NCBI GenBank assembly: GCA_030265395.1
Contig: JARFYF010000050.1
Location: 25,840,865-25,904,864 of the forward strand
DNA length: 64,000 nt
Direction: 5' to 3'
Source of the DNA: Rhina ancylostomus
Lineage: Eukaryota
Below the pieces are notes generated by a model. It saw only the letters and a program-made list of their open reading frames with translations, did not search any database and was not told the origin of the DNA. Position numbers and translations under genes: made by a program. Below are positions 13,822 through 28,352 of this stretch, piece after piece. Positions within the stretch are counted from its first letter, which is position 1. The number at the start of each line of letters is the position of its first letter.

Positions 13822-14205
13822 AACACAAGAAAATAGGAGCAGGAGTAAGCCACCTGGCCACCATTCAATATAATCATGGTTTATCTACCCCAGGCCTCAA
13901 CTCCTTTCCTGTACCAGATAATGAAATTCCTCAATCCTCCTGATCATTCAAAAACATATCTACCTCCAGTTTAAATACTTCTAGTGAGCTAACCTCCATA
14001 GCTCTTTGGGGCATAGAATCTCAGAGATTCAATACACTCTGCGAGAAGAAATTTCTTCATAACTCGGTTTCAAATGACCAACCCCTTATCTTGAAAATCG
14101 CTTCATTCAAGATTCTTCCACTAGTGAAAACATTTCTACATCTACCTTATCCTGCCCCCTTATATGTTTCAGGAAGATCCCTGATCATTCCTCTAAACTC
14201 CAAAT
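13822..14205 (-). mobile_element. CR1-type LINE 3' fragment
   Basis: Begins AACACAAGAAAATAGGAGCAGGAGTAAGCCA, the antisense 3' tail. Also contains CAGAGATTCAATACACTCTGCGAGAAGAAATTTCTT. Confidence 0.75.
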
Positions 14206-15297
14206 AGTGGGCCGTTGAAGATCTGGGTCATCAGGGGATCAAACTGAGTTAGGACCAGGGTTAAACATGGGGTGGGGCTGGACAGTCAGAGGGAGATTGG
14301 TAGTGGAAGCTGCAGTACCCAAAGAAAAAGAGGTAAGCTTAGAATTATTTTATTGGTAACTCAGTTTACTGATTCTCTATAAAAACCTAGATATCCAGGG
14401 AATGGTCAACAATGGGATGATGCTGATTAATTCCCCAAAAAGAGCATTGCATGGGGAATAATGTTACTTGATGTGTGTCAGACATACAAGCATGACTACC
14501 TCTGGGAGAAGCCCCTTTGAATCTCCAGAGTGTTGTGGTGACTAGGAAATGTTCATTGTCAGTATCACAGCCATTTATTGCACCATCTAAATTTTATTTT
14601 CAATCACAAGGCACTGAAATAAAACAAAACACTGCACAATCTAATTTCTAAGCCAAAGTGATTGAAAATGGTGCTTAGAATGAGGTTTTAAAGACTTTTC
14701 CAATAAACTTTGAAAAGTACTTAATGCTCAAACACTACAAATAATCTTATTCTGTTTATTTACTGATTATCTCAGGTCATGGCATTACTCTATAAAAGAC
14801 CATCCATTAATCTTTCTCAAACTCAAACACTCTGATGAGCTATTCGATTCATTGGAGTTCAGATTCAGCATTAGAAGAGATTTACTAAGGACATTAATAC
14901 TTTGCATTCACCCTGCAAGTTCATTATGTTTACATTTTACATTAAGTCCCTTTGAACATTCAGGGGAGAAATTTAATGCTATAGACTTGTCTGAACAAGA
15001 CTATTTAAAGAAAGGGCCTTGTCCAAATATACAACCTAATTCCCTGATCTCTAACATATCATAGAATAAATCCTCAGCAGTTATAGACAGGTTGTGTTAA
15101 GCAATCTTCACTGATGCGAAGGAATTTCACTTTTACATAAACTTAGTGATATAATTCAAGTGCAAAGTCACCCAAATCAATTTTAGACCTTTCAATGCAT
15201 AGCAACACTTCAACAGCTTTTATGGCTCATTTTTGACAGTAGGAGAAGCCAGTCATTTCAATAACTGGTATTTTAGTATCAATGAGCCTGAATGGCT

Positions 15298-15602
15298 CAT
15301 TGGGCATGCATTTAAGGTGAGGGGGGAAAGTTCAAAGGAGATGTGCGGGGCAAGTTTTTGTTTCACACAGAGAGTGGTGGGTGCCTGGAATGCATTTCCT
15401 GGGGTGGTGGTGGAGGGAAATACGATAGGGGCATTAAAGAAGCTCTTAGACACATGAATGTGAGGGAAGTGGTAGGATATGGACATTGTGTAGGCAGAAG
15501 GGATTAGTTTAGTTGGGCATTTTATTACTAATGTAATTGGTTCAGCACAATATTGTGGGCTGAAGGGCCTGCTCCTGTGCTGTACTGTTCTATGTTCCAA
15601 TT
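15298..15602 (+). mobile_element. Young CR1-type LINE 3' end
   Basis: Encodes GHAFKVRG...FTQRVVGAWNA. Its tail is nearly identical to 20047-20162. Confidence 0.85.
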
Positions 15603-16489
15603 TCAAATCCTTTCATATTTGGTTATCATGATGTGTCTTTTTTTCTACTTTCGTGAAATCAAATCTAGATTGGGTGTCTGCTTTGTGGAACACCTTCATT
15701 CACACTGCAACATGACCCCAAGCTTCCAGTTGCCAGTCCGTTTAATTATAAATTCCATTCTTGTTCTGAGGTGTCTTTCTTTGGTCTAAAACCATTCAAA
15801 AGAAATTCAGAATATGCTCAAAGAGTAGCGTGTGATCTTGGAACTTTGCATATTACAGCCTCAGGATTGGACAATTGCAGGTAACCGCCCTTTCCATTTT
15901 GTATCAGAAGTAATTGGCTGTTTTGTTTTTCTTTTTTTTCTTCATGTGCCTTTTTTATATTCATTCATCTCCATCTCCTCCTCCGGACAGAGGATATGCA
16001 GTTATGTAAACCAGTAGCACAGCCTCCATTTGCGTCATTTGGCCTCTTGTACTGCACCCTATAGTGGCCTTCCCCTTTCTTCCCTCCAGCCTCTCCACCT
16101 TTTTTTTTTGCAACTCCAAACATGTTCAGTACCTTTTCTCAGTTCTCACGAAAGGTCCACAGGTGCTGTCTAACTTGCTAATATTTCCAGTGTTTTCTGT
16201 TTGCTGGCACCTGCACTGTTTTACTTTTCAGTTAGTGGTAAATAGATTTTGATTCATTGTTCAAGTAAGTTTTCTTTTCAATCAAATATTTTGTTCCTTA
16301 GAGTTCTTGTTGATCCATTATGCAGCTCATGCTGATTGCAGCCACAGCTTACTCTCAGTTCTGTTCGTGCTTTTTATCCTTCACTTCCTTGCCTTTAGCT
16401 AACCAAGATGAATCAGCTGAATGTATTAGAGTGTTTTGCGCAGCTGCCACTTCTGAGCACAAGATGATTGCCTTTATTAGTTGATGCTA

Positions 16490-16595
16490 GTGGGCAGCTC
16501 AGTGAAGCAGCTAACGGAGGTGCTGCCTTATAGCGGCTGCGACCCTGGTTCAATCCTGACCTCTGGTGCTGTCTGTATGGAGTTTGCACATTCTG
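16490..16595 (+). mobile_element. tRNA-derived (V-SINE/HE1-like) SINE head
   Basis: B-box-like GGTTCAATCC followed by TGACCTCTGGTGCTGTCTGTATGGAGTTTGCACATTCT. A matching tail lies at about 17605-17755. Confidence 0.65.
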
Positions 16596-16599
16596 TTGC

Positions 16600-17595
16600 A
16601 TAAAACCTGGAACACGGAACAGTACAGCCCAGGCACAGACCCTGCGGCACATGATGTCTATGCTGACCATGATGCCAATCCGAAGTAATCACATCTGCCT
16701 GCACATGATCTAGATCCCTGCCGCCTTATGTGCCGGTCTAAATGCTTCTTAAATGTTGCTGTCGTATCTTCTTCCACCTCCCTGGCAGCACGTTCTGGTC
16801 ACCTACCACTCTGTGTGTGGGGAGAAAAGCTTGCCTCGTAAATCTCCTTCCAACTTTCCCCCTCTCAGCTTAAACCTATCCCCTTCAGTATTTGAAATTT
16901 CCACCCTGGGAAACAGACTCTGACTATCTCCACTATCTATGCATCTTATAATCTTACAACCTTCCAGCATGTCTCCCCTTAGCCTCTGACGGTCCAGAGA
17001 AAACAATCCGAGTTTGTCCAACCCCTCCATGTAGCTAATACTCTCTCATCCAGGCAACATCATGGTGAACCTCTTCTGTGCCCTCTCCAAAGCCTCCACA
17101 TCCTTATGATAATGTGAGGACCAGAACTCCCAAAATACTTCCAATGTGGCCTAACCAAAGCTTTATGCAATTGCAACATGACTTTCCATCGTTTGTACTG
17201 AATGTCCTGACCGATGAAGGCATGTATGCTGTTTGCCTTCTTTAAAAACTTATCTACTCATGTTGTCACTTTCAGGGAGCTATGGACTTGCACTCCAACA
17301 TCCCTCTGAACATCAGTGCTCCCAAGGATCCTGCCATTTACTGTATATAGTTGACCTCCCAAAATGCAACATCTCACACTTGTCCAGATTAGATTCCATC
17401 TACTGTTTCTCTGTCCATGTTTCCAACTGATTGATATCCTACTGTATCTTTTGACAACCTTCCTCAATATCCACAACTCTGCCAATTTTTGTGTCATCCA
17501 CAGACTTACTAATCAGCCCACATTATTTATTAATATCCCAGTACTGATCCCTGTGGAACACCACTGGTCACAAACCTTCAGTCAGAGTAACACCC
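16600..17595 (-). mobile_element. CR1-type LINE 3' portion (RT C-terminus)
   Basis: Minus-strand ORFs encode LDKLGLFSLDRQRLRGDM and YTVNGRILGS-DVQRDVGVQVHSSLKV. Frameshifted. Confidence 0.9.
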
Positions 17596-18539
17596 TTTCA
17601 TTATAAGTTACTCCAAGTGTGTCGGTGAGTGGTGGACTCTGGGGTGAATTGATGGGAATATGGGGAGAATAGGTGAAATTAGTGGGGGAATGGGATTGGT
17701 CCGTGAATCAGAATAGACTTGATGGACTGATTAGCCTCCTTCAATGTGAGAAGGAACTATGAAAGTTGCCACCTATCATTATAAGCCACAAAACTATAAA
17801 GCTTCATCCTTGTATGACGCTCATCTGCTCTTCATATCATCTGCATTATTATTATATGAAGAAGAATACGTTGAGGTAAGCTCCATTGGGTCAATCAAGG
17901 GTACCACGTCATGAGGCCACATTAAGTTATCCAGTCTGCTATATGGAGCCTGGACTCTGCGCAATCAGTGCTGTTGATGCAAATTGTAGTTAAGTAAAAA
18001 TGTGGTTATCCATTGTCTGGTTCAACTATTCAGAATTCCTGACGGTTTGGCATCTGGATCACCTGTCATGTTTGGCACTTTCCCTTTCAGCTCACCAGGG
18101 CTTGGGTTTCACACTCCCTTTTTGCTCACCAGAGCCCAGGTTCCTGCATTCCCTTTCAGCTCACTGGGGCCCGTGTTCCTGGTCTCTCTTTAAACATTGG
18201 ATTCACTGGAACATTTACTATGATGCTGTGTAACTTTTTTTTTAAAAAGTGAATAAGAAATTTGTTGGGGTATTAATAGGGAATAAAGGTCAAAGGTCCA
18301 GAAAATCTGCCGGTTGGGCATTACGAAAAGTCCTGTGAGCTCCAGATTATTGGAATTTTAACAGCAGTGAGTCAGTAGCCATGAGCACCAACAAGCACAT
18401 TTCCATTCTAGCCCTGCTGTGTAGCAAAGGGATTGAGCAGGTGCAAACATGAGGGAAACTGGAAGAATCTATTAGCATGATGGGAATGTCAAGGCAGGTG
18501 TTTTATCCATCTTGGTAGTGATAACTTCCAAAACTTCAC

Positions 18540-19330
18540 TGGGGTATCGTTCCATAACTGTTCTGTTCCCATTCTCATCTTTGAGGCATATTTGATGTGG
18601 CATTAAGGGTATGAGTGTGAAATTCCTAAGTTAATCTGAAAGGTATTTTCAAGGCATGTCTTCAGTTCTTTAGTTTTCTAACCATATGGCTGAATCAAAC
18701 TCAACTACTTGTTGTGATATAAAATCTGTATCTCATTCTCCATAAGTAATAATTTCACAGCTTACAGTTACCAGATTTTACCTTTCATTCTCATATAAAA
18801 AAGTGGCGTTTGGAATTTCCCAATCCAATGTAGAGATGTTCAGAAAATAATTTTCTATGGCATCAACAATTCCTTCATCACAGGTCACAAAGCACTGGAA
18901 GACTTCGTTTATTTTAAGCATTTTTATTTCTTTTATTATCATTTTCCAAAAAAACCCTTTATTCAATTCTCTAATCTTTTCCCTTGATTTATTTCTCAGT
19001 CCACTTCTATTCTGGTATTTTGTCTCTTTTTCTCTATGGAGAATAATGGCATTGTACTTCACCTTTTCCTTGGTATCCATTATGATCTCATCCTCATCTA
19101 TCTCCAGTAGATCCATATTTCTCATTGCCAATCGTGCTCTTTACATAGTTCTTAAAAAATGTTGTATTTAGCATTGATATACCTTGTAATATATTTTTTC
19201 ATATTCTATTCTTGCATCTTTTGTTACTTTCTTTATGTACCTTTATTCTTTTTATGGCTCTCCCTGTCTGCTGGATTTCCACTTTTCATTGCATTTGTGT
19301 AAGTCTTTTCTTTTAGCTTGATACTTTAAC
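18540..19330 (-). mobile_element. Old, highly degenerate CR1-like ORF2 fragment
   Basis: ORF 18778-19131 retains traces of the CR1 '...DWEIPNAT(P)LY' segment. Purine-rich on the minus strand. Confidence 0.45.
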
Positions 19331-19946
19331 TTCAAATCATGTAGCTTCACTTAAACATCACACTGCATTAGACAATTTCTAGGCCTTAGTACTATACTGC
19401 CATAAAACCTTACAGAACACATTTATTAACCGAAACATATGCGTGACCTCCTGTGAGTGAAGAATGATATTTAGAGTTTACTTAATGAGCTACTTGTTGT
19501 ATTAGCAATACTTGTGTGATTTGCTTATGTACTTACACGTTACAAATGTTTTTAACAGCCGACAAGAACTGATATAGCGATTAGATTTAATCTGGTTGAT
19601 AAACGGGTTCACTTGAGTTGGAAATTTGCAATCATTTCCAATTTATGATAACATTCTTTAAGATCAATGAAAGCATAAAACCTATCTAAATGAAAATTCA
19701 TTCATCTTAGAGCACGGCATGCACCTTTTGAAATTTATGATCAATTTTTTTGCTGTAGGTTGGATAGTAGCCCATTTGATGGTAGGTTAATCACTCACAT
19801 GTCTTGTAACCACTGATGTGTCCTGCCAAGCTGATCAGTGGGAGCATATCCATGACTCAATTGGTTTCAGTGCATTGTAACTTCATTAATAATTGAGTAA
19901 ACTGAGTTACAAAACAGCTTATAAATCAGAAACATTTGTTTTTCTA

Positions 19947-20046
19947 NNNNNNNNNNNNNNNNNNNNNNNNNNNNNNNNNNNNNNNNNNNNNNNNNNNNNN
20001 NNNNNNNNNNNNNNNNNNNNNNNNNNNNNNNNNNNNNNNNNNNNNN
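19947..20046. other. Assembly gap (others at about 3686, 6773, 22055, 35217, 44729, 53032, 55766, 60353, 61400)
   Basis: Runs of N. Several are about 100 long, the usual placeholder for unknown size. Confidence 0.99.
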
Positions 20047-20162
20047 CATTGTGTAGGCAGAAGGGATTAGTTTAGTTGGGCATTTTATTACTAATGTAAT
20101 TGGTTCAGCACAACATTGTGGGCCAAAGGGCCTGTTTCTGTGCTGTACTGTTCTATGTTCCA
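20047..20162 (+). mobile_element. CR1 3' tail emerging from an N-gap
   Basis: Near-identical to 15484-15600. Confidence 0.85.
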
Positions 20163-23100
20163 ATTCAGAGTTAGCAACAATAACTTGGCCTTCTGGCTCA
20201 GGGTTACTTGAAGGAGATACAACATGAACAAATTATAATTGGTGTTATTTTGGTAAGATTTATCTATCTGAATTATGAATAGCAGTAGACTACAGCAGTG
20301 GCAGATAAATACAGGAATATTTATTTATATGCCATTTGCAGCATGTTTTAATGCATTCATATTGGTTTAGCATAATATTCCCAAGTACTGCATGTTCAGA
20401 GAATGAATGCGCATTGTACATTGTTTCTCAATGAGTCGATAATAAGCCACAAAATAGATTTGTGGAACTCTCAGTACAGTATCACAGAGGAGATAAGTAT
20501 ATGCACAGAATAGGACATTCAGTCATTTAATCTTGTTACCATTACAATATATATCCATGTTCTCAACTGGCCACAAGGGCACTAATTTTAAAAGATTTTA
20601 TTTTGCATTAATATAGATTGGATTCTTTTTAAACATAATAGCCACTTGGATTTGGCATTCAGAAGGAAATAAAGTGAACACCAGCGATTATATATGTTAA
20701 AATAATGTTAAATATGAGGACAAAGTGGATAGTCAGTATTTTGATTGTTTGTGATTCAATGGTTTGAAGGCAACAAAGACTAAGAAGTCTGATTGCCCTC
20801 TACATCAATATGATTTGTATGGCAAATAGATATTCTTTCACATTATTTCAGTTTTGCTTTCAACTGTTTTGTTTCTTCATTTACTTTTCAACTCTAGTAG
20901 ACAAAGCTGAAAGACCCAGCACCAGAAGCGGACTGCAGACTTCACCAGTCTCCTTTATTTCGGAATGGTATAACTGGTTCTATTAACAATTGTTAGGTTA
21001 AAGGGCCTCATCCTATGCTTAATAAGTGTCATGCTCCATTCACAATTTTAAAAAGATACACCAATGCTTTGAAGATGTGTCTAAATCAACTAAACATCAA
21101 AAGAGAGTCATCAACATCCACCTCAAACAAACATTAAGTTAACTAAAGGAAAAGAGGTTTCTCTGTACATAGCTTTAATATGCTGAACAGAAAGTTTTGG
21201 CTGTGGTTTCACAGTCAACCTACTTTGTTAGAGGTTTAAACTTCAAAATACATTTAAAAAACCACTACAATATTTAATATGTCAGCTGAAGCTGGGCATG
21301 ATTCAAGTCAATGATTTTTGTTTCCTCCAAACCATTAAAAATTAATTAGTAATAATACTCACCAAGCACACAATAATGAGGACCTGGCTATTGGAAATGA
21401 GGAAAAGACCCACCATGGAATTTTCAGTGAGTCCTATGTGTTGATTAGCAAGCTGCTGATCTCAACACCACTGCTATGATGATTATTGGCACTTTTTTTT
21501 ACTATTAGTTACAATATTAATTGATGCAATGTACCAGTTCAAAAGATGTACAACAACATTTATCTTTGCAGGAAGTCAGTTACCAGGAACTACTCTGCTA
21601 TTGCATTGCTTTTGAAAACCTCTATCCATACAATCAGCCTCTATCAGTTAGAAAAAAATAACTTTCAAATGGAACTAAAGTTTTTAACAACAAAAGTGCT
21701 TCTTTAATCCATGCTTCAAACAGACAATGTCAAATGACAGATTGCAATCCGAGATTTCCTTGCTCACACATAGTTTAAGCTGAACGTTGATAATATACAA
21801 GTGATCATCTGGTTGCCAAAGCAGAAACTCTACAGTTGTAAGGCATAGATTATAGAAAAATGATAGAGCATGTCAAAGCTTGTTCTGGGAAAAGATCCGC
21901 AAAAGTCAAACATCTTGTGATGAACTACTGTATAAATTCAATTAAGACAGATTAGCCTTCTGAGAACTTGTATGGTCTTGTCAAACTGAGGAACATCTGT
22001 GCTTTTCATTTATAAACTTTGATATTGAGTACATTGGACTCCACTTGCATTTACNNNNNNNNNNNNNNNNNNNNNNNNNNNNNNNNNNNNNNNNNTTATT
22101 AAGAATCCATATATTCATGGGTAAGACATGATTCCATACAGTCTTCACCTAAATGTTAAAGTCACAATAGTGTATTCATCCTCTTAATAATGGCCCCCAT
22201 TAACTATGGCCCAGAAACCAATGACATCACAGCAGCATGTAATATAAACAGAGCTCATTGTGAGAACATCATATAGTGACAATTTCTCAAGTTTTACCTC
22301 CCTCTCTACAGGAGAACAACCTGGTTTCCACAAATTGAAAGAACATAGCTGAAGCAAAACATTTTGGGGAAACATCTGCTACACACCTGCACGCCACCAC
22401 TCTGTGTGCCTTGCTGTTTTAGTGTATGGTACTGTGTTTGGATTGATCATTACTGCAATTAATTGGAATCTAGCAACTTGCTGGATTCCGCTTCATCAGT
22501 TAGATTCAGCACACAGGCTGGGATTTCTACATTTCTACTCAAGGACAATGTAAATTGTACCTCCTTAAAATTTCAGAAGTTCCAATAAGAATTCCTCTCT
22601 ATCAAGTGTACAGCTTACTGACATTTTTGGAAAGTGTTTGGGGGAAATCATGGAAACTAAGCAGTATTTACTACAAACTGTCTTTGAAAAAGGCTTGATT
22701 GTTTAATGACATAAACAGCTAACATTAGCAGGGAGGCTATATTCTCAGGTCAACAAGATTAATTGAAAGTTTCCGAAGGGTTTTCAAGAAGGCTTGATTA
22801 CAATCTACAATTGATGACTTATAATAGTTAACTTTCCTATAATGATGAGCCGTGGAATACTTTGTGGCATGACCTGAACCTGTTGAAACATTGGTAAGGT
22901 AAATGTTACAGCAGTATTTTCCATTCTTGCCCAGGCTGGTAGTTCTCAATGCTGTACGGCAGTTATGTAACCTGCCTAAGAGAATGGAGGAGGAAATAAC
23001 CACTTTGGATCTCTCATGTACTAGAAAATTATACCATGTGCTGTGCAAAGTGTTCTGACAGAGGCACCCATTGTGCAAACAAGCCTCTGCTCTCACCATC

Positions 23101-24068
23101 CCCCAAATGAAGAATGCAAGATGGCCAGGAGCTTCATACAAGGAGAAAATATGATGAACTTGGCAAAAATGTAAGTCAATGTCTAAAAGAATGTTCACAG
23201 TTTATGCCATACCAATTCATGCTATAAAGCCAGCAAATAAAAAGGAAAATATAGTTCAGGCCATTCATTACTGCAACCACAGACTGTGTTTGTGGACTAA
23301 ATAGAAATGCTCACTTAGCACTGACTTTTAAAGGTGAGTTGATTAATCTATTTATCTTTGGTTGTTTGCCAGAGGTGTTAGTAACCTGTTACTGACCTAT
23401 CTTATCACTGTAGAAATAACAGAGGCATATCAAAGTGACAGCAGTTTGGGGCCTCAATCAGAACAAAGCTCTTAACACTTTTTAAAAAAAAGTTACATTT
23501 ATAGCACCTGATAAGTCTTTCAGCAGGTATGCCCTGCCCACTCCAGGGGCTAGTGATATGTTGATCATGCTGCACTTTAGGGATCAAACTAGACTGGAAT
23601 TTGCTGTAACTTAATCTGCAAAAAGTGCAACCTAGTCCTCCAAACTGTGCAGCAGAATGCAGTGTGGAACCCTGTCATGTGTTTCACATGAAGCCATTTT
23701 ACTTTCCAAAGTATATGATCATGCTATACCAAGCATGAACTCACCACATAACTGTGTGAATTTGTGGAGCACATTCCAAACATATCAACTAAAAAAGACT
23801 ATCACTTTGCCATCTTTAATCCATTACTTTTGTCTTATCCTGATGTTTACCCAAGCAAGTTCTCACACATTACTGATGTCTTGTTTCCCAAATGGTTCAA
23901 TCTGATATTTTTCTGTAAATGAATAATAAAAGTAGGTTCACCATCATCACCAGCACCATAACTTGAAAGATAATACTGCTCGTTATTTTCTCTCCAACAA
24001 GTGAGTGTCAAATTTCTCAGCATAGTGAGTGTCAAATTACCAACTGAAGTAAAAACTTGAAAAGATTT

Positions 24069-24180
24069 AGGGGCGGCATGGTAATATGGGGGGGGGGGGG
24101 TTGTTTAAAATGGTCGGCGTGGACTCATTGGACCGGAAGGGCCTGTTACCACGCTGTAAATAAAATTTAAATTTAAAAGA
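24069..24180 (+). mobile_element. Short, internally deleted SINE-like insertion
   Basis: GGGGCGGCATGGT head, a G-run, then the tail GGTCGGCGTGGACTCATTGGACCGGAAGGGCCTGTTACCACGCTGTAAATAAAATTTAAATTT. Flanked by AAAAGATT / AAAAGACT. Confidence 0.55.
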
Positions 24181-27100
24181 CTAATTTGAACAAATGGGTG
24201 TTTAAAATAATTCCTGCTGTATAATACACCATTTTTAACAGCATCCCAGGTAAATTAGCAGAAAACAAAAGAAATACAAATTGCTATCTTCTCACCAACA
24301 ATATAGGCTGCACAGCTATAATTCATCACATAGTGTCAGATACAGCATATTCCTATTGTTGGCAGTTTACATTGCAATATACCAGTATAATTGGCTAAGA
24401 TTCTATTTCACTTTCATCAAAAGCAGAACTTGACACCAAATGCTGGTTTTACATTACAAGGTTTAGCAGAATCATTCATAATTGTTCAAGCAGGTACTTC
24501 CTGTGCATTTTTATTTATAACTGTTCCTTTTGTGATTGGTCAGATTGGGCAGGATTCACAGAGTTCAGCAATCTTCAGAACTGTATAATTCTGACTCTGA
24601 TCAATTTTGTGACTGGAAAACTGCTTCTATTTCTCATCCTTATCTACTAACTGAGACTATCTGTCCGAAGTGATGAGTCTCAGGTTACAGTTTCTATTTA
24701 TGGCCCAAGAACACATTGGGTGCCATGCTGTTGGAAACGTAATCCTGTACATTCATAATGAATTCTCAACAGCCTTGTCCTTCTTCTGCTACATTATGCA
24801 ACTAGAATTGTTTTTGCATTGCCATACAGCTTTGGGACTTAATTATTTCATTTTGTACATTACAGTACTTTGGTAATCTTGCGTTCCAGTAAATTTTGTC
24901 TTCCTTGTGCACAGCCTGATTTATTTTGACAATAGGGATTGGTCGCAGGGATAATAGGTAGAGAATGCATTCCAGCAGTACAGGTGAAGGAATTAGTCTG
25001 CTTGTCTTTGAATGGAAAGCACATGAGCAAAAACATACATAGGGAGGGAGTATTGTGCCTTTCTTAGTACCACAACTAATTTGGAGTAACTCACTTGCAT
25101 CCATCTGAAACAGTCAGCAGGTGCTTTGAATATACTAACATGTGTCCATGTGCCATTTTAAGGGTGATCCTTACGAATCATTAACATGCCCTAGATCTAC
25201 AGCAGTTGAGCCAACCATCCTTACAGAGACCACTGGAAACCACCCTTAGAATGAGATGCAATCCTTCCATTGCTGTCATACCTGCTGAGTATTGCCAACA
25301 TTTTCCATTTCATACCAGTTTGGAGCTGCTAAATCTCTTAGCTACTTCATTTAAAACTGAAAATTCCTTATAGTAGGCAGACAATTTTCCTAAATTTAAC
25401 AAATTCCACATTGAATGGCTGGGAACACGCTCCATTATTTCGGTTGCACTTTTATCATTGCACCATGGTTCAGTAATGGATATTTATTCAACACTGACAT
25501 ATGAGCAATAATGAAAAAGATGATAATATTATTTTAAGGATGGCACCAGATAAAACAATTTTTATAGTAGGCTCAATCATTTTGATAAGAATGCAACAGC
25601 TGTTCTATTTTTTCTCACTTCAGTGCTTGTAGGTTTGATATCCTGGGTGTTGCAATTTCCACATGAAACTGGAGTTTTGGAAGTCACTGGGCCCATGCAA
25701 AATCTTCGACATATGTAGACTGATTCAGTTACACCCTGGAACCTCTCAGCTATTGTATCTCATGCTCAGAAAGGTGATAGAAAAATTGCAAGACTGTGAA
25801 AGGTTTAAACTCTGGTGAGACTGGACATGTGTTGCAGTCAGACTTCAGGTTCTGGTGTTTTAACAAGGATATCTAAGATTATTCTCTGCAACAATTCCAT
25901 TGCTTGGTTGGCATCGCCATGGAGAAGCAACCAATTAAAGCAGAATGTTGCCATTTACACAATGCACAAGTGTTGCCACTTGTTAGAAGCCATTTTGGAG
26001 CGCATACATGATACACTGAAATAAGGCATGAAAGAATATGTTAAGGGACTGTACTATTTTCAGTGCACAATAATTTGTACCCAGTAATGAATACAAGTGC
26101 AAATAAATTATAAAACAAATAATATAACAATACTACCAACAGAAATTAGTAAAACCACAGAATTTAAAGTCTTCTCATCTGTAGCTGATTAAAATGTTCT
26201 TCACTGTATTCTTTTAGAAAAAAAGAACTATATATTTACATGTGTCAGGTACTTAAGAACTATTGCTGCTATGAAAGTAGAGGAAACTAATTATCTGCAT
26301 GGCTTGCAAATGGTTTAAACTTCAACAGCAATACTTTACAGGGAGAATATCAATCTTCCCAGAAGTTAGCTTATCACCAAAGAATCTTCATGGGAAGAAG
26401 CCCTCAAGGTGTCAACACCATTACAACTTTATAGTCAATGATGACATTTTCTGGTAAAATAAAAGGAGTTATTTATGCCAGGACTGTGCCTCTTAATGAA
26501 TAGATGAGTCACTGGTGCATTAAGAGTTAATAATTGATGGAAGTAGATTGGTGCTGGCTGCTTCCTTTGCCCTTGGTGTTTCCTTCTCTCGCCCTTTAGT
26601 TTTGTGAATAAACATCAGTGCTGGGCTCCATATTGTTAACATAAGAGCCCAACATCCAAATTAGAAACCCATAAAATCTTCCTTTTGTTTGGTCTAAAAC
26701 AAGAAGGGTTTTATTGCTATGAATGAGACCTACAGATCAACTGGCTTCTTTCGATACAGCTGACTTCAGCAACAGGGGAAAGCAAACCTTAATAAGAAGG
26801 AAGAAATATGCACAGAAAGAGGTTTGATGTGAAGGGCTGTTTGAATGGTCATGAACAATAATTCACGGTACACCATGTGTTGAAGGCTTTCCTCCGACAT
26901 GGGTGTTTGACATGAAGTTCCTGTTGGACTGAATCACTTTTGTTTCCGTCTTCAGCGGGAGATTCCTATCTCGCTCAGCCATGTTTTCCCAACTGTTGTG
27001 GCCACATTCAGTGGTGGCCAGCAGGTGCCAGGCCACCCCAGTAGCTTTAGCCCTCCCCTCTCCCCATGTCCCCCTCACAATTAGTCTCTGTAATTCAGAA

Positions 27101-27991
27101 TGAAAACAATCCACTGCTTCTCAGTGCAAGATGAAAGGAGTTTGTGCAGCAGAAGTAATTTCACTGCTGTGAAGAGGCAACTCCAGGCATTGTATCCAGT
27201 TAAGGAGTTGGAACGGGATTGGCTGGAAGGGGTTCCCATGTGATTCTGCTGCTACCCACTGTTTTTTTATGGTGCTTATGTAGAGACTGTTGGGATAATG
27301 ATCACAAAGAATACAGGAGAGAAAGTAATCTTTTAATGTACAGAGGAAAGTGTTTTATTTATACAACACCAGTCCCTCCATTGCCCTCAGACTTAATTGC
27401 ACTCAGTGGTAAGTGCTCTTCATGCTGAACATTTTCTAAGGGAATACATTGTCCTTTGCCTCACAGTGGCCTAATTACATACAACTCTAAACAAGTGCAT
27501 GTTATGGTTTGCGATCACAGCTCTTAGGCCAGTATTAACTTGATACACTGAGCAAACCACTCAAGTTTACACACAGGGCATAAAGTTAGTCACATCGCAG
27601 AGCTATGCTGAAATAAAAAAAAAGGTGAAAGGAGTGAACATTTCTCATTTAGATTTCAAGTCTGTAAACAGAACATCTATACATATCTATAATATATAAA
27701 ACAAAGGCAACGAAACAGTCAGTCCAGATTCACATTCTACAAATGAACCTATGTGTAATCAGTATAAAACCTTAGTATAAAAGTTTTCAAATGATTCTGT
27801 TCTGGTTAAATCCTCAATTTACATTTAGAATGGTGAAGTTTATTCTCTCAATCAAAGCTCCAGAGCAAGAGATCCAATTAATTTATAACTAGATCCCTGT
27901 GCTTCCAACAAACTATCAGAACAGGTAGTGTGTTGACATGCTGTACCATACAGTGCTTTCTAGATAAGTGTAATCTAACATTGTTTTCAAT

Positions 27992-28352
27992 GGGGCAGAA
28001 GAGGGGAACCTGATAGAGGACTACAAAGTTATGTGAGGGATAGATAGGTGGATAATAAGAAACTTTCCCCCAGGGCATAGGTTTAAGGTGAAGAGTAAGA
28101 GGGTCAGAGGGAATCTCAGGAAGAAATTTTTTCACCCAGAGAGTGGTTGCAAACTCGAATACACTGCCTGAGAAGTTGGTGGAGGCAGGTACTATCACAA
28201 CATTTAAGAAGTATCTAGATGATCACATGAATTGCCAAGGCACATGGAACTAATGCTGGTAAGTGGGATTAGTATCAATAAGTACTTGATGGTTAGAATG
28301 GATGTGGTGGGTCGAAGGGCCCATTTCTGTGCTATGCGACTCTATGACTCCA
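27992..28352 (+). mobile_element. CR1-type LINE 3' end
   Basis: GGGGAACCTGATAGAGG...TTCACCCAGAGAGTGG, with tail CTATGCGACTCTATGACTCC. Confidence 0.85.

Noticed and set aside
16490-16560. Possible tRNA gene
   Set aside because: A B-box-like motif is present but there is no cloverleaf, and it continues into a SINE body.
22737-23198. 153 aa minus-strand intronic ORF and similar short ORFs
   Set aside because: Non-ATG start and no recognisable motif; consistent with chance ORFs or decayed repeats.
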